NCBI GenBank assembly: GCA_039587315.1
Contig: JBDHIS010000005.1
Coordinates: forward strand, 36,965 to 100,964
Direction: 5' to 3'
Length of the DNA stretch: 64,000 bases
Source: Gemmatimonadota bacterium
Lineage (GTDB): Bacteria > Gemmatimonadota > Gemmatimonadetes > Gemmatimonadales > GWC2-71-9
A program made the position numbers and the translations under genes. Below are positions 1 through 8,463 of the stretch, one piece after another (the stretch's first letter is position 1; every line of letters begins with the position of its first letter). Under the pieces are notes generated by a model. The model made no database searches and had not been told where the DNA came from. It was given only the letters and a program-made list of their open reading frames with translations.

Positions 1-49
1 CCGCCGCCCGTCACCGATCCCCACCACCAGCCGCACGTGTCGATTAACG

Positions 50-62
50 AGAGTACTACTCT
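50..62. promoter_or_regulatory. Perfect 6-1-6 palindrome AGAGTA-C-TACTCT in an AT-rich island upstream of ferritin; candidate operator
   Basis: Read directly at 50..62. It lies between a TTAACG (44..49) and a TATTGT (65..70) hexamer, about 125 nt upstream of the ferritin ATG. Binding factor unknown. Confidence 0.3.
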
Positions 63-186
63 ACTATTGTATGCAGGTCACGCCGGTCGGCGCCACTCGC
101 GGCCCTGACGAGCGCGGGGGCGCCGGCCTTATATTTCCCGGCCCAGGCTGAAGCGACCACGAGAACAGACATCAAGGGAGACAGCG

Positions 187-693
187 ATGCCGGCCAAAGG
201 CGTGGCGAAGGGAATCAACGACCAAGTTCAGAAGGAGTTCTACGCGGCCTATCTCTACCTGGCCATGTCGGCCTACTGTGACTCGAAGAACCTTCCGGGG
301 TTCGCGCACTGGCTCCGCATGCAGTACGAGGAGGAGCTGTCCCATGCGCTCCGTCTCCTCGACTTCCTGCTCGAGGCGGGCGAGAAGGTCGAGCTCAATG
401 CCATCGAGAAGCCGGCGCTCAAGTTCGGCACCCCGCTCGATGTCCTGAAGGCTTCGTTGGCCCACGAGAAGAAAGTCACCGCCTCGATCAACAATCTCTA
501 CGAGATGGCGCTCAAGGAGAAGAACTACCCGGCCCAGATCATGCTGCAGTGGTTCATCAACGAGCAGGTGGAGGAGGAGCGCACGGTGGGCGACCTGATC
601 GCCCAGATGGAGTTGGCGGGCGACAGCGGCCCGGCGCTGCTGATGATGGATCGGCAGCTTGCCGGCCGGACGTCGGGGGCCGGAGGCGAGTAG
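187..693 (+). CDS. ftn: Ferritin (non-haem, bacterial Ftn type)
   Basis: 168-aa ORF with AAGGGAG Shine-Dalgarno just upstream of the ATG. Translation reads as a ferritin four-helix bundle (EFYAAYLYLAMSAY, EEELSHA, QWFINEQVEEE). Confidence 0.9.
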   Translation: MPAKGVAKGINDQVQKEFYAAYLYLAMSAYCDSKNLPGFAHWLRMQYEEELSHALRLLDFLLEAGEKVELNAIEKPALKFGTPLDVLKASLAHEKKVTASINNLYEMALKEKNYPAQIMLQWFINEQVEEERTVGDLIAQMELAGDSGPALLMMDRQLAGRTSGAGGE

Positions 694-717
694 CTCCGTC
701 GGTCCAATGTGTCTTCG

Positions 718-759
718 AGCGCCCCCGGTGAAGCCGTCCCCGGGGGCGCTTCTCTTTGC
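718..759 (+). terminator. Rho-independent terminator after ferritin
   Basis: Perfect 11-bp GC stem AGCGCCCCCGG (718..728) / CCGGGGGCGCT (740..750), 11-nt loop, then T-rich TCTCTTTGC. Confidence 0.65.
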
Positions 760-860
760 GGCCCCGGTCCTTAACAACATCAGCCGGGGTGCGTCCCACT
801 CAGAGGAAGGGTCACCACGTATTGAAGACCGACACCGCGTGTCGGTGAGGGAGGTCTCCG

Positions 861-1481
861 ATGAAGATCATTCACGCACTCACGGGCGCGGCGCTGCTGG
901 CGGTTGCCGCGGCAGGGTCTCTGCCGGCTCAGGATGCTCCGCCCCCACCCGAACAGCGCCCCCGACAGCTGCGGCTCCACGCGCCCGGAACCGGACTCGA
1001 GGACGGGCCGGCGATGCGCCAGCGGATGCGGGAGGGGCGCTCCCAGATGGTGACGGCCGGCATGTACACGCCGCACTGGCTGATCGCCCGCAAGGACATG
1101 CTGGATCTCACGGAGGAGCAGCTCTCCCAGCTCGAGCAGCTGGACGCCGAGGCAGCGGCCGTTCGCGAGCAGGCCGGAGAGGCCCTGAAGCAGAGTCAGG
1201 AGCAGCTGCAGGAGGCATGGAAGGCTGCGCAGCCGGACGCAGAGGCAATTCGGCGCTATGCCCAGGCCGGGATGGAGGCGCGGCAGGAGGTCCAGCTGGC
1301 CACGCTGGAGGGCGCGGCGCGGGCCAAGGCTCTGCTCACGCCGGAGCAGCAGGGCAAGCTCGCCGGGTTCGTAGAGGGCCGCCGCATGGGCATGCGCCAG
1401 CGCGGCATGCGCGGTCAGAGCCGTCAGATGCGGGGAACCCGTGACGCGGCGCGGATGCGCCAGCGGTGTCCGGGGTGCTGA
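861..1481 (+). CDS. Periplasmic Spy/CpxP-family (LTxxQ motif) protein
   Basis: Signal peptide MKIIHALTGAALLAVAAAGSLPAQ, two LTxxQ motifs (LTEEQL, LTPEQQ), helical Q/E/A-rich body, GAGGGAGG SD upstream. Ends in CPGC. Confidence 0.6.
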   Translation: MKIIHALTGAALLAVAAAGSLPAQDAPPPPEQRPRQLRLHAPGTGLEDGPAMRQRMREGRSQMVTAGMYTPHWLIARKDMLDLTEEQLSQLEQLDAEAAAVREQAGEALKQSQEQLQEAWKAAQPDAEAIRRYAQAGMEARQEVQLATLEGAARAKALLTPEQQGKLAGFVEGRRMGMRQRGMRGQSRQMRGTRDAARMRQRCPGC

Positions 1482-1515
1482 TGGTCTGACTGTGCCCGCT
1501 GGTTCCATGAAGGAG

Positions 1516-1550
1516 ACCGCCCCTCAGGCCGATGCCTGCGGGGCGGTTTG
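1516..1550 (+). terminator. Rho-independent terminator after the Spy-like gene
   Basis: Stem ACCGCCCC (1516..1523) / GGGGCGGT (1540..1547) with inner CAGGC/GCCTG pairing, followed by TTT. Confidence 0.55.
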
Positions 1551-1585
1551 CACTTGGGGACCGGCTGCGGCAAGATACGTGAGCC

Positions 1586-2701
1586 ATGCCGTCCAACGAG
1601 CGGATCCGAATCACGTACGAATTTGCGCTCGCCGAAGGCGAGACACCCGAGGCGGGAGCTCGGCGCATTGCCCTGGAGCAGACCGTCGAGCTGCCGGACG
1701 GCTGCTATCCGGAGAGCATCGAGGAGGCTGTCGTTGCGCGGGTAGAGGAGACCGAGGACCTCGGTGGGGCCCGTTGCCGCGCGGCGTTGTCGTTCGACCC
1801 CGTCTTGGTCGGCACGGAGGTCCCGCAGCTCCTCAACATCATCTTCGGCATGGTGTCGCTGCTGCCGGCGACCCGAGTCGTGGATCTCGAGCTGCCCGAT
1901 ACGCTGCTGCTGCGCTACGCCGGTCCGCGGTTCGGAATAGAGGGGATTCGCGCGGCCTGCGGCAATGTCCAGGGGCGTCCGCTGCTCTGCACGAGTGCCA
2001 AGCCGGTAGGCCTGTCGGCGGCCGAGCTGGCTTCCATTTGCGGCGCCCTGGCGCGTGGCGGCATAGACGTGGTGAAGGACGACCACGGCGTAGCGGATCA
2101 GGCGACGGCTCCGTTCGCGGAGCGTGTCGCCCGTTGCAGCGAGGCGGTGCAGCGGGCCAACGACGCCACGGACGGATCGGCCGTCTACTTCCCCAACGTG
2201 ACCGCTCCCGCGACCGAGTTGGTAGACCGCGTTCAGACGGCCAAGGCGGCCGGGTGCCAAGGGGTGCTGGTGAGCCCGTTTGCGACGGGGCTCGACACCG
2301 TGAGGTGGCTGGCCGAGAACAGCGGCATGATCGTCCTCGTACACCCGACCTTCTCGGGAGCGCTGTACCACGCAGATCACGGCGTCGCGCCGCACGTGCT
2401 GGGCCGCCTTCTGCGTGTGCTGGGGAGCGACGGTGTGACCTACGTGAACGCCGGGGGGAGATTCCCCGTGTCGGAGCAGGAGTGTCACGTTGTGAACGAG
2501 AGCCTGCGCGGGCCGCTCGGATCGCTGCGGGCGGCCCTTCCGGTGCCGGGAGGGGGCATGGACGTGGGCAGGGTGGAGTACTGGACCGAGCGTTACGGGG
2601 TGGAGACGATGTTCCTCATCGGGAGCAGCCTGTATGCGCAGGGCGACCTGGAAGCGGCGAGCAGGAGGTTGGTGGACGCGGTGAGCAGGGCGGCCGGCTG
2701 A
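1586..2701 (+). CDS. RuBisCO large-subunit-like protein (form IV RLP), short variant
   Basis: [10 protein letters not shown]...[15 protein letters not shown] matches the RuBisCO GPxxGI...[16 protein letters not shown] block. DVVKDDHG matches DFTKDDEN, and PVPGGGM matches the PVxSGG loop. Only 371 aa. Confidence 0.8.
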   Translation: [371 protein letters not shown]

Positions 2702-2704
2702 GCC

Positions 2705-3634
2705 TCATCCCACGACCGAACGCGCTACGAACCAGAGATTGGCGGGCCGCTCCGCCAACCGGCGCATGTACCAGGGGAACCAGGCGTCTCCGTAGCTGAT
2801 CAGCGTGCGCATCACGTTGCCGTCTGCGGCCAGCCGCAGCTGCTCCTCGCGCCGGATTCCGTACAGCATCTGTATCTCGTATGCGCTCTTCGCGATTCCC
2901 GCACCCTCGGCAAAATCCCGGATGCGTGTGACCAGGCCGAGGTCGTGGGTGCCGAAGGCGGGATAGACTCCCTCGGGCCGCGCGTCCTCGGCCAGCAGGC
3001 GCTTGGCCAGCTTGAAGTAGTTGGCGTCCACGTCCGCCTTCTTGGGGAAAGCGATCCGCGGTGGCTCGTTGTAGGCGCCCTTCACGAGGCGGATCGTGGC
3101 CGAGAGAGGCACGAGAGACTCGAGGTCCTCAGCCGTGCGGTAGAGGTAGGCCTGCAGGCACACTCCCAGATTTGAATGCTCGGCACGCACGGAACGGAAG
3201 ATCTCGAGCGTGGCGTCGACGTAGGAGGAGCTCTCCATGTCGATGCACACGAAGTTCCCGTGCGCAGCCGCTTGCTTCAACACCGCAATGAGCTGCTCGG
3301 TGCAGAGGTCGCGGCTGATGTCGAGGCCCAGCTGGGTCAGCTTGACCGAGAGCTGCGTCTCGAGCCCCCGGCGCTCGATCCGCTGCAGCGCGTCCACGTA
3401 GTGCTGCGCGACTGCGTCGGCTTCCGCCCGGTTGGTGATGGCCTCACCCAGCTGAGTGATCAGGGTAGGGATGTTCCGCTCGCCCAGCTGCTCCGCGGCA
3501 GCGAGCGCGGCGTCGACGTCCTCGCCCGGCATGAAGCGCCGCACGGCCCGCTGGGTGAACCCGCGCCGGCTCGCGCGGTCGGCCAACCAGCTGCTTTCCG
3601 AGGCCTTGAGAAGAAGGGTGCGCATCAATCCCAT
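2705..3634 (-). CDS. Proline dehydrogenase (monofunctional PRODH)
   Basis: 309 aa with RLVKGAYNEP, FGTHD, EIQMLYGI and C-terminal WFPWYMRRLAERPANLWF, typical of the PutA-type PRODH barrel. GGAG SD 8 nt upstream. Confidence 0.8.
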   Translation of the reverse strand: MGLMRTLLLKASESSWLADRASRRGFTQRAVRRFMPGEDVDAALAAAEQLGERNIPTLITQLGEAITNRAEADAVAQHYVDALQRIERRGLETQLSVKLTQLGLDISRDLCTEQLIAVLKQAAAHGNFVCIDMESSSYVDATLEIFRSVRAEHSNLGVCLQAYLYRTAEDLESLVPLSATIRLVKGAYNEPPRIAFPKKADVDANYFKLAKRLLAEDARPEGVYPAFGTHDLGLVTRIRDFAEGAGIAKSAYEIQMLYGIRREEQLRLAADGNVMRTLISYGDAWFPWYMRRLAERPANLWFVARSVVG

Positions 3635-3839
3635 CGATCGGCTCCGGGAGTGAGAACGAGCACGGTGGATCTGCCGAGCGGGTCCCGCCGTGGTTCTGGC
3701 GCACGGCGGAATCGGGGAGTATGGTAACCGGCGTGGGGCAGGGTGGGCAAACGCCCACCGATGCGCCAGATTAGGTCAGTGTCCGGGCCGGACGTACCGG
3801 AGTCGTGTCCCGGCGCCCCATCGAATCCAGGAGGTGGTG

Positions 3840-4412
3840 ATGCGGAGTCTCGTCTCGGGCCTTTCGGTTGCAGCGCTGCTGGTTTGCCTGGCCGGACCTG
3901 CCACGGCGCAGCAGGAGACGAAACACAACGGCTGGTGGACCGGTATCGGACTTGGTGGGGGCTGGACTGGCGACGACATCAGCGATTCCTCTCTGACGGG
4001 CGGTGCGGGGTTCATCCGGCTCGGTGGCACGTTCAGCCAGATATTCCTCGCCGGCGCCGACGTTTCCTTTTGGGTCCAGCGCAACCAGGCCGCCGACGAG
4101 TGGATTTCGCGCATGAACGTCACGGGAAGCGCATTCGTATTCCCGTTCTATCCCATGGGACTCTACGTCAAGCTCGGAGCCGGACTGGGCATCTATGACT
4201 GGGTGGGCGATACGGACGTGGAGGGTCTGATTCCCCCGGCCGAGAAGTACTACGGGTTCGGAGCCACGGGCGGGATCGGGTGGGACATCCAGGTCGGCCG
4301 CAACTTCTTCCTGACGCCCAACGTGGACTTCAATTGGCAGAGCGTCTCGATCGAAGAGCAGACCGTCAAGGCCTGGGCCGTTCTCATCACGTTGGGGGCG
4401 ACGTGGCATTGA
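3840..4412 (+). CDS. Small outer-membrane beta-barrel protein (paralog 1)
   Basis: Start trimmed to ATG 3840 (GGAGG upstream). Signal peptide MRSLVSGLSVAALLVCLAGPATAQ and alternating Gly/aromatic beta-strand pattern. Similar to the next gene. Confidence 0.55.
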   Translation: MRSLVSGLSVAALLVCLAGPATAQQETKHNGWWTGIGLGGGWTGDDISDSSLTGGAGFIRLGGTFSQIFLAGADVSFWVQRNQAADEWISRMNVTGSAFVFPFYPMGLYVKLGAGLGIYDWVGDTDVEGLIPPAEKYYGFGATGGIGWDIQVGRNFFLTPNVDFNWQSVSIEEQTVKAWAVLITLGATWH

Positions 4413-4432
4413 TCCCGCGATCCGTCAGGAAA

Positions 4433-4996
4433 GTGGTCCGCGGGCGAGCCCTCTGCGGCGCTCTCTTTGCGGCCTTCGCCCTGGCCGGATTCGCCGCGCC
4501 GGCCCAGGCGCAGCTGCAAATGAACGCGCACCGCCGCAACGGAGTGTTCTTCTCGCTCGGCTTTGGGGTCGGCTGGAACCTGAGCAAGAGCCTCAGTGAC
4601 GAGGTCAAGTCGGGGTTCGCCGGTTACCTGCGGGCGGGAGGCACGTTCTCTCCCCACTTCACGCTCGGCGGCGAGGCCGAATGGTGGTACCGCTCGGAGA
4701 GCGACGATCTCTCTCTCTCGGCCGGCAACGTGACTCTGGTGGGCCAGTACTACCCGAGCCTCGACCTGGGTGGCTTCGTGAAGCTCGGGGTCGGAATGTC
4801 CTTCGCCGAGTTGATCACGGCGGGCGGCTCGCAATCCACCTGGGAGACGGGACCCGGCGTCACCGCCGGAGTCGGCTGGGACGTGCCGCTCGGCGAGACG
4901 CTCTCGCTCACGGCCAACGCCGACTTCCTGTTCCAGAGGGTGTCGGACATCAACAACACCTTTCTGATGTTCACTATCGGTCTGACGTTCCCGTAA
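4433..4996 (+). CDS. Small outer-membrane beta-barrel protein (paralog 2)
   Basis: Signal peptide ...ALCGALFAAFALAGFAAPAQAQ. GTG 4433 (AGGA upstream) or GTG 4403 are possible starts. GxGW...GGTFS blocks are shared with the upstream paralog; ends IGLTFP. Confidence 0.55.
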   Translation: MVRGRALCGALFAAFALAGFAAPAQAQLQMNAHRRNGVFFSLGFGVGWNLSKSLSDEVKSGFAGYLRAGGTFSPHFTLGGEAEWWYRSESDDLSLSAGNVTLVGQYYPSLDLGGFVKLGVGMSFAELITAGGSQSTWETGPGVTAGVGWDVPLGETLSLTANADFLFQRVSDINNTFLMFTIGLTFP

Positions 4997-5019
4997 CGCC
5001 GCGAATCCGATGATGCGAC

Positions 5020-5051
5020 ACGGGCGGCTCGCTTGGCGGGCCGCCCGTTTT
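5020..5051 (+). terminator. Rho-independent terminator between convergent OMP and K+ channel genes
   Basis: Stem CGGGCGGC (5021..5028) / GCCGCCCG (5040..5047) followed by TTTT (5048..5051). Confidence 0.6.
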
Positions 5052-5065
5052 GCGTTGGGGGAGAC

Positions 5066-5758
5066 TCAGGGTCTCGTCGACCTGGGCACCATGAGGGTGA
5101 CGGCGCGGGCCACCAGGACCGCCACGTAGAACTGGCCCAGAATGGCTTGGAGTGAGGCCATCGATCTTGCGCCCTCGTGAACCGGAACGATGTCGCCGTA
5201 GCCCAGGGTGGTCATCGTCACCATCGAGAAGTAGATGAACTCCCAGGTCCTTTCGCCCCCGGTGGCTGTTGTGCCCCGGAAGGACCCGGGGGCAAGACCC
5301 TCGAGCCAGCTGTACCCGATGGCGAAGATCAGCCCGATCATTATGTACGCGCACGCGGCGCCGTAGATCGTGTCGGCCGTGACCTCCTTCTCGGTCATGA
5401 TGTACCGCAGGATCACGACGGTCACGAATATGAGGAACGCTGCCTCGAACATGTGACCGATCGTCAGCACCGCCGCGCTGCCGGTGAAGTAAGAGGCCCA
5501 GCTCCCGACGACGGCGGGGATGACGAGGATGAGTCCCAGCTTCAGCGTGCGCCGCTCGCCGCGGACGGCGTACAGTCCGGCCAGAAAGGCCAGCGTGAAT
5601 CCCGCGGTGAAGAACTCGCCCTGCTTCTCCCCGGCGATGAACGGGTGTGCCAGCAGCAGGATGAGCAGCACGATGAGCAGAAAGGAGAAGTTCCCGAAGT
5701 GCCTGCGCAGCACCTTGGGGAGCCAGCGCGGCCCGGAATCGGAGGTGAAGTCCGTCAT
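5066..5758 (-). CDS. Potassium channel (pore-loop TxGYGD family)
   Basis: Selectivity filter TTLGYGD within FIYFSMVTMTTLGYGDIVP, several TM helices. Start trimmed to MTDFTSD (5758) because the longer ORF runs into the tRNA. Confidence 0.8.
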   Translation of the reverse strand: MTDFTSDSGPRWLPKVLRRHFGNFSFLLIVLLILLLAHPFIAGEKQGEFFTAGFTLAFLAGLYAVRGERRTLKLGLILVIPAVVGSWASYFTGSAAVLTIGHMFEAAFLIFVTVVILRYIMTEKEVTADTIYGAACAYIMIGLIFAIGYSWLEGLAPGSFRGTTATGGERTWEFIYFSMVTMTTLGYGDIVPVHEGARSMASLQAILGQFYVAVLVARAVTLMVPRSTRP

Positions 5759-5811
5759 GGGATCGCCTTCGCGAGCGGAGGGACCGTGGAACGTGCCGTC
5801 GTCTGCGTGAA

Positions 5812-5898
5812 CGGAGAGGGTGGGATTCGAACCCACGAGACCCGCAAGGGTCTACCGGTTTTCGAGACCGGCTCCTTCAACCACTCGGACACCTCTCC
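5812..5898 (-). tRNA. tRNA-Ser (anticodon CGA)
   Basis: Reverse complement folds as a class II tRNA: acceptor GGAGAGG/CCTCTCC, anticodon stem CCGGT/ACCGG with loop CTCGAAA, long variable arm, T-arm GTGGGTTCGAATCCCAC. No encoded CCA. Confidence 0.9.
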
Positions 5899-5972
5899 AG
5901 AGTGCCACTGAACAGACGGGCCGCGTGCGGCCCGGTGCATAATAGACGGCCCATGGGCTAGTTTCCACCCCG

Positions 5973-6908
5973 ATGACTGTCCTCATTGCCTCAGAGCTCG
6001 AGGGACTGCTTCCCGCCGATCCGGTGCCGGGCCACACGGTCGAATGGCTCGCGTCAGCCGAGCCGACACCCAGTGGCTCTTTCGCCGCGATTCTTCCTCT
6101 CCTCTCGCGCCGCGTCGGGCCGGCGGAGCTCGACAAGCTCCCCGATCTGAAGATCGTGGCCAACTGCGCCGTCGGGTACGACAACATCGATCTCGAGGCC
6201 GCCGCCGCGCGCGGCGTGGTGGTGACCAACACACCGGACGTGTTGACCGACGCGACCGCAGACCTCACCTGGGCGCTGATCCTGGCCGTAGCGCGGCGGC
6301 TCAAGGAAGCAGAGGCGCTTCTCGCAGAGAGTCGCTGGGAGGGATGGCATCCCCAGCAGCTGCTGGGACTCGAGCTGAGGGACAGCACCCTGGGCGTCGT
6401 CGGCGCAGGGCGCATAGGGCAGGCGGTGGCACGTCGCGCCTTGGGGTTCGGCATGCGGGTCATCTACGCCGACTCGGCACCCCGGCCCGAGTTCGAGTAC
6501 GCGACCGGCGCCGAGCGCGCCGAGCTACCCGATCTCCTGGCCCGTAGCGACGTGGTCTCGCTGCACGTTCCGTCGTCTCCCCAGACGCGCGGCATGTTTG
6601 GGCAGGCTCAGTTTGCCCGGATGCGCCCTGGTGCGCTGTTCGTGAACACGGCGCGCGGCGACATCGTAGACGAAGAAGCCCTCCTGGATTCGCTGGAGAG
6701 TGGCGACCTGGGTGGAGCGGGGCTGGACGTGTTCTCCGAGGAGCCGAACGTGCCGGAGGGACTGGTGCGGCACCCCAGGGTGATGGCGCTGCCGCACCTC
6801 GGCAGCGCGACCACCCGAACGCGTGAGGCCATGGCCGGGCTCGCGGCCAGAAACATCCAGGCCGTGCTCGGGGGGCTCGAGCCGCTGACGCCCGTCGCGC
6901 CGCGTTGA
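5973..6908 (+). CDS. D-isomer-specific 2-hydroxyacid dehydrogenase (glyoxylate/hydroxypyruvate reductase type)
   Basis: 311 aa; NAD fold GVVGAGRIGQAV, and VGYDNIDL, NTARG, LDVF..EP, H..SAT motifs typical of the family. Confidence 0.85.
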   Translation: MTVLIASELEGLLPADPVPGHTVEWLASAEPTPSGSFAAILPLLSRRVGPAELDKLPDLKIVANCAVGYDNIDLEAAAARGVVVTNTPDVLTDATADLTWALILAVARRLKEAEALLAESRWEGWHPQQLLGLELRDSTLGVVGAGRIGQAVARRALGFGMRVIYADSAPRPEFEYATGAERAELPDLLARSDVVSLHVPSSPQTRGMFGQAQFARMRPGALFVNTARGDIVDEEALLDSLESGDLGGAGLDVFSEEPNVPEGLVRHPRVMALPHLGSATTRTREAMAGLAARNIQAVLGGLEPLTPVAPR

Positions 6909-6943
6909 CGCCCTCCTGCGCCGCGTCTAACTTGCTCCGAGCC

Positions 6944-7495
6944 ATGACTCCTTCCGAGCGAAAAACCCTGCACGATGACTCGGGCGTCGGCACCGCGCTG
7001 GAGCGGATGTCCCGAGAGATCGTTCAGTTCGCCGGCGGTACCGACCGGCTGGTGTTGGTCGGGATTCAGCGGCGCGGCTCCGACCTGGCGGAGCGCCTCT
7101 GCAGCATGATTGCCGAGGCCGAGGGTACGACGGTTCCGCTGGGGGTAATGGACATCACCCTCTACCGCGACGACCTCCAGACCATCGGGCCACGGCCCGT
7201 AGTCGGCGAGACGCGGCTTCCCGTGGATCTCGACCACAAATGGGTGATGATCGTGGACGACGTTCTGTTCACCGGCCGCACCATCCGGGCCGCGCTGGAT
7301 CAACTGGCCGACTTCGGCCGGCCTGCGCGGATCGGACTCTGCGTGCTGGTGGACCGTGGGGGGCGCGAGCTCCCGATTCAGGCTGACGTCGTGGGACTCA
7401 AAGTCGACGCCCAGTCGAGCGACCGGGTGGATGTCCTGGTCGCCGAGCTGGATGGGCGGGATGCAGTTGAGCTCGTGCACGGGGGGAACACGTGA
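6944..7495 (+). CDS. pyrR: PyrR, pyrimidine operon regulator / uracil phosphoribosyltransferase
   Basis: ITLYRDD, PRPP motif [13 protein letters not shown] and [14 protein letters not shown] match PyrR. Start chosen at MTPSERK (6944) by comparison with the usual ~180-aa length. GTGA overlap with pyrB. Confidence 0.85.
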   Translation: MTPSERKTLHDDSGVGTALERMSREIVQFAGGTDRLVLVGIQRRGSDLAERLCSMIAEAEGTTVPLGVMDITLYRDDLQTIGPRPVVGETRLPVDLDHKWVMIVDDVLFTGRTIRAALDQLADFGRPARIGLCVLVDRGGRELPIQADVVGLKVDAQSSDRVDVLVAELDGRDAVELVHGGNT

Positions 7496-8463
7496 CGGTT
7501 CCGACGCTCGGCAAGGATTTGCTCGGTCTCGAGCATCTGACTAAGGAACAGATTCAGCTCATACTCGATACCGCCGAGCCTTTCAAGGAAGTCAGTGAGC
7601 GCACCATCAAGAAGGTCCCGGCCCTCCGCGGCAAGACCATCGTAAACCTGTTCTTCGAAGCCTCTACCCGAACCCGCATCTCCTTCGAATTCGCCGAGAA
7701 GAGGCTCTCCGCCGATACGGTGAACGTCGCCTCGTCCGGCTCTGCGGTGCAGAAGGGTGAGACCCTGGTGGACACCGCCCGCAACCTGGAGGCGATGCGC
7801 ATCGACATGGTCGTGATGCGCCATCCGTCGTCGGGCGCCGCGAAGTTCCTGGCGGAACGGATCCCCTCCAACGTGATCAACGGGGGAGACGGGACCCACG
7901 AGCACCCGACGCAGGCTCTGCTCGACATGCTCACGATCAGGGACAAGTTCGGCCGGCTCGACGGGCTCAAGGTCTGCATATGTGGTGACATCACGCACAG
8001 CCGGGTGGCGCGGAGCAACATCTGGGGGCTGCGGAAGCTGGGAGCGGAGGTCGCCGTGTGCGGACCCCAGAGCCTCATGCCTGGCGGCATCGAAGGCCTC
8101 GGGGTGACGGTGTTCCGCCGCATCGAGGAAGCGATCCAGTGGGCCGACGTGCTCAACATCCTGCGGCTGCAGTTGGAGCGGATGAAGGCGGGCTACATCC
8201 CTTCGCTCAGGGAGTACTACCGGGTGTTCGGCGTGACGCTGGAGCGGCTGGAGCAGGCTCCAAAGGACCTGCTGATCCTGCACCCGGGTCCGATGAACCG
8301 CGGGGTGGAGATCGACTCCCGCGTGGCGGACGGACCCCACAGCGTAATCCTGGACCAGGTTACCAACGGCGTGGCCGTACGAATGGCCGTCCTCTATCTG
8401 CTGGCAGGGGGCAGGCCGGAGCTGGCTGAAGCGGCCAAGGGAAGCCGGGAGGTTGAAGAATGA
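7492..8463 (+). CDS. pyrB: Aspartate carbamoyltransferase catalytic subunit
   Basis: STRTR, HPTQ, HPGP motifs in [32 protein letters not shown]. Confidence 0.95.
   Translation: MTVPTLGKDLLGLEHLTKEQIQLILDTAEPFKEVSERTIKKVPALRGKTIVNLFFEASTRTRISFEFAEKRLSADTVNVASSGSAVQKGETLVDTARNLEAMRIDMVVMRHPSSGAAKFLAERIPSNVINGGDGTHEHPTQALLDMLTIRDKFGRLDGLKVCICGDITHSRVARSNIWGLRKLGAEVAVCGPQSLMPGGIEGLGVTVFRRIEEAIQWADVLNILRLQLERMKAGYIPSLREYYRVFGVTLERLEQAPKDLLILHPGPMNRGVEIDSRVADGPHSVILDQVTNGVAVRMAVLYLLAGGRPELAEAAKGSREVEE

Noticed and set aside
1-47. Possible 3-prime end of an upstream + strand gene ending at TAA 45..47.
   Set aside because: Only 15 codons are visible (AARHRSPPPAARVD), which is too short to support any call.
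3755-3800. Sequence AGGTCAGTGTCCGGGCCGGA, faintly reminiscent of the SRP (4.5S) RNA conserved domain.
   Set aside because: It lacks the GGAAGCAGCC-type conserved loop and a complementary closing helix. It is more simply the promoter/5-prime UTR region of the OMP gene.
5812-5898. tRNA-Ser as an integration site for a genomic island.
   Set aside because: No integrase, no repeat of the tRNA 3-prime end and no compositional shift are visible on either side. The flanking genes are an ordinary K+ channel and a dehydrogenase.
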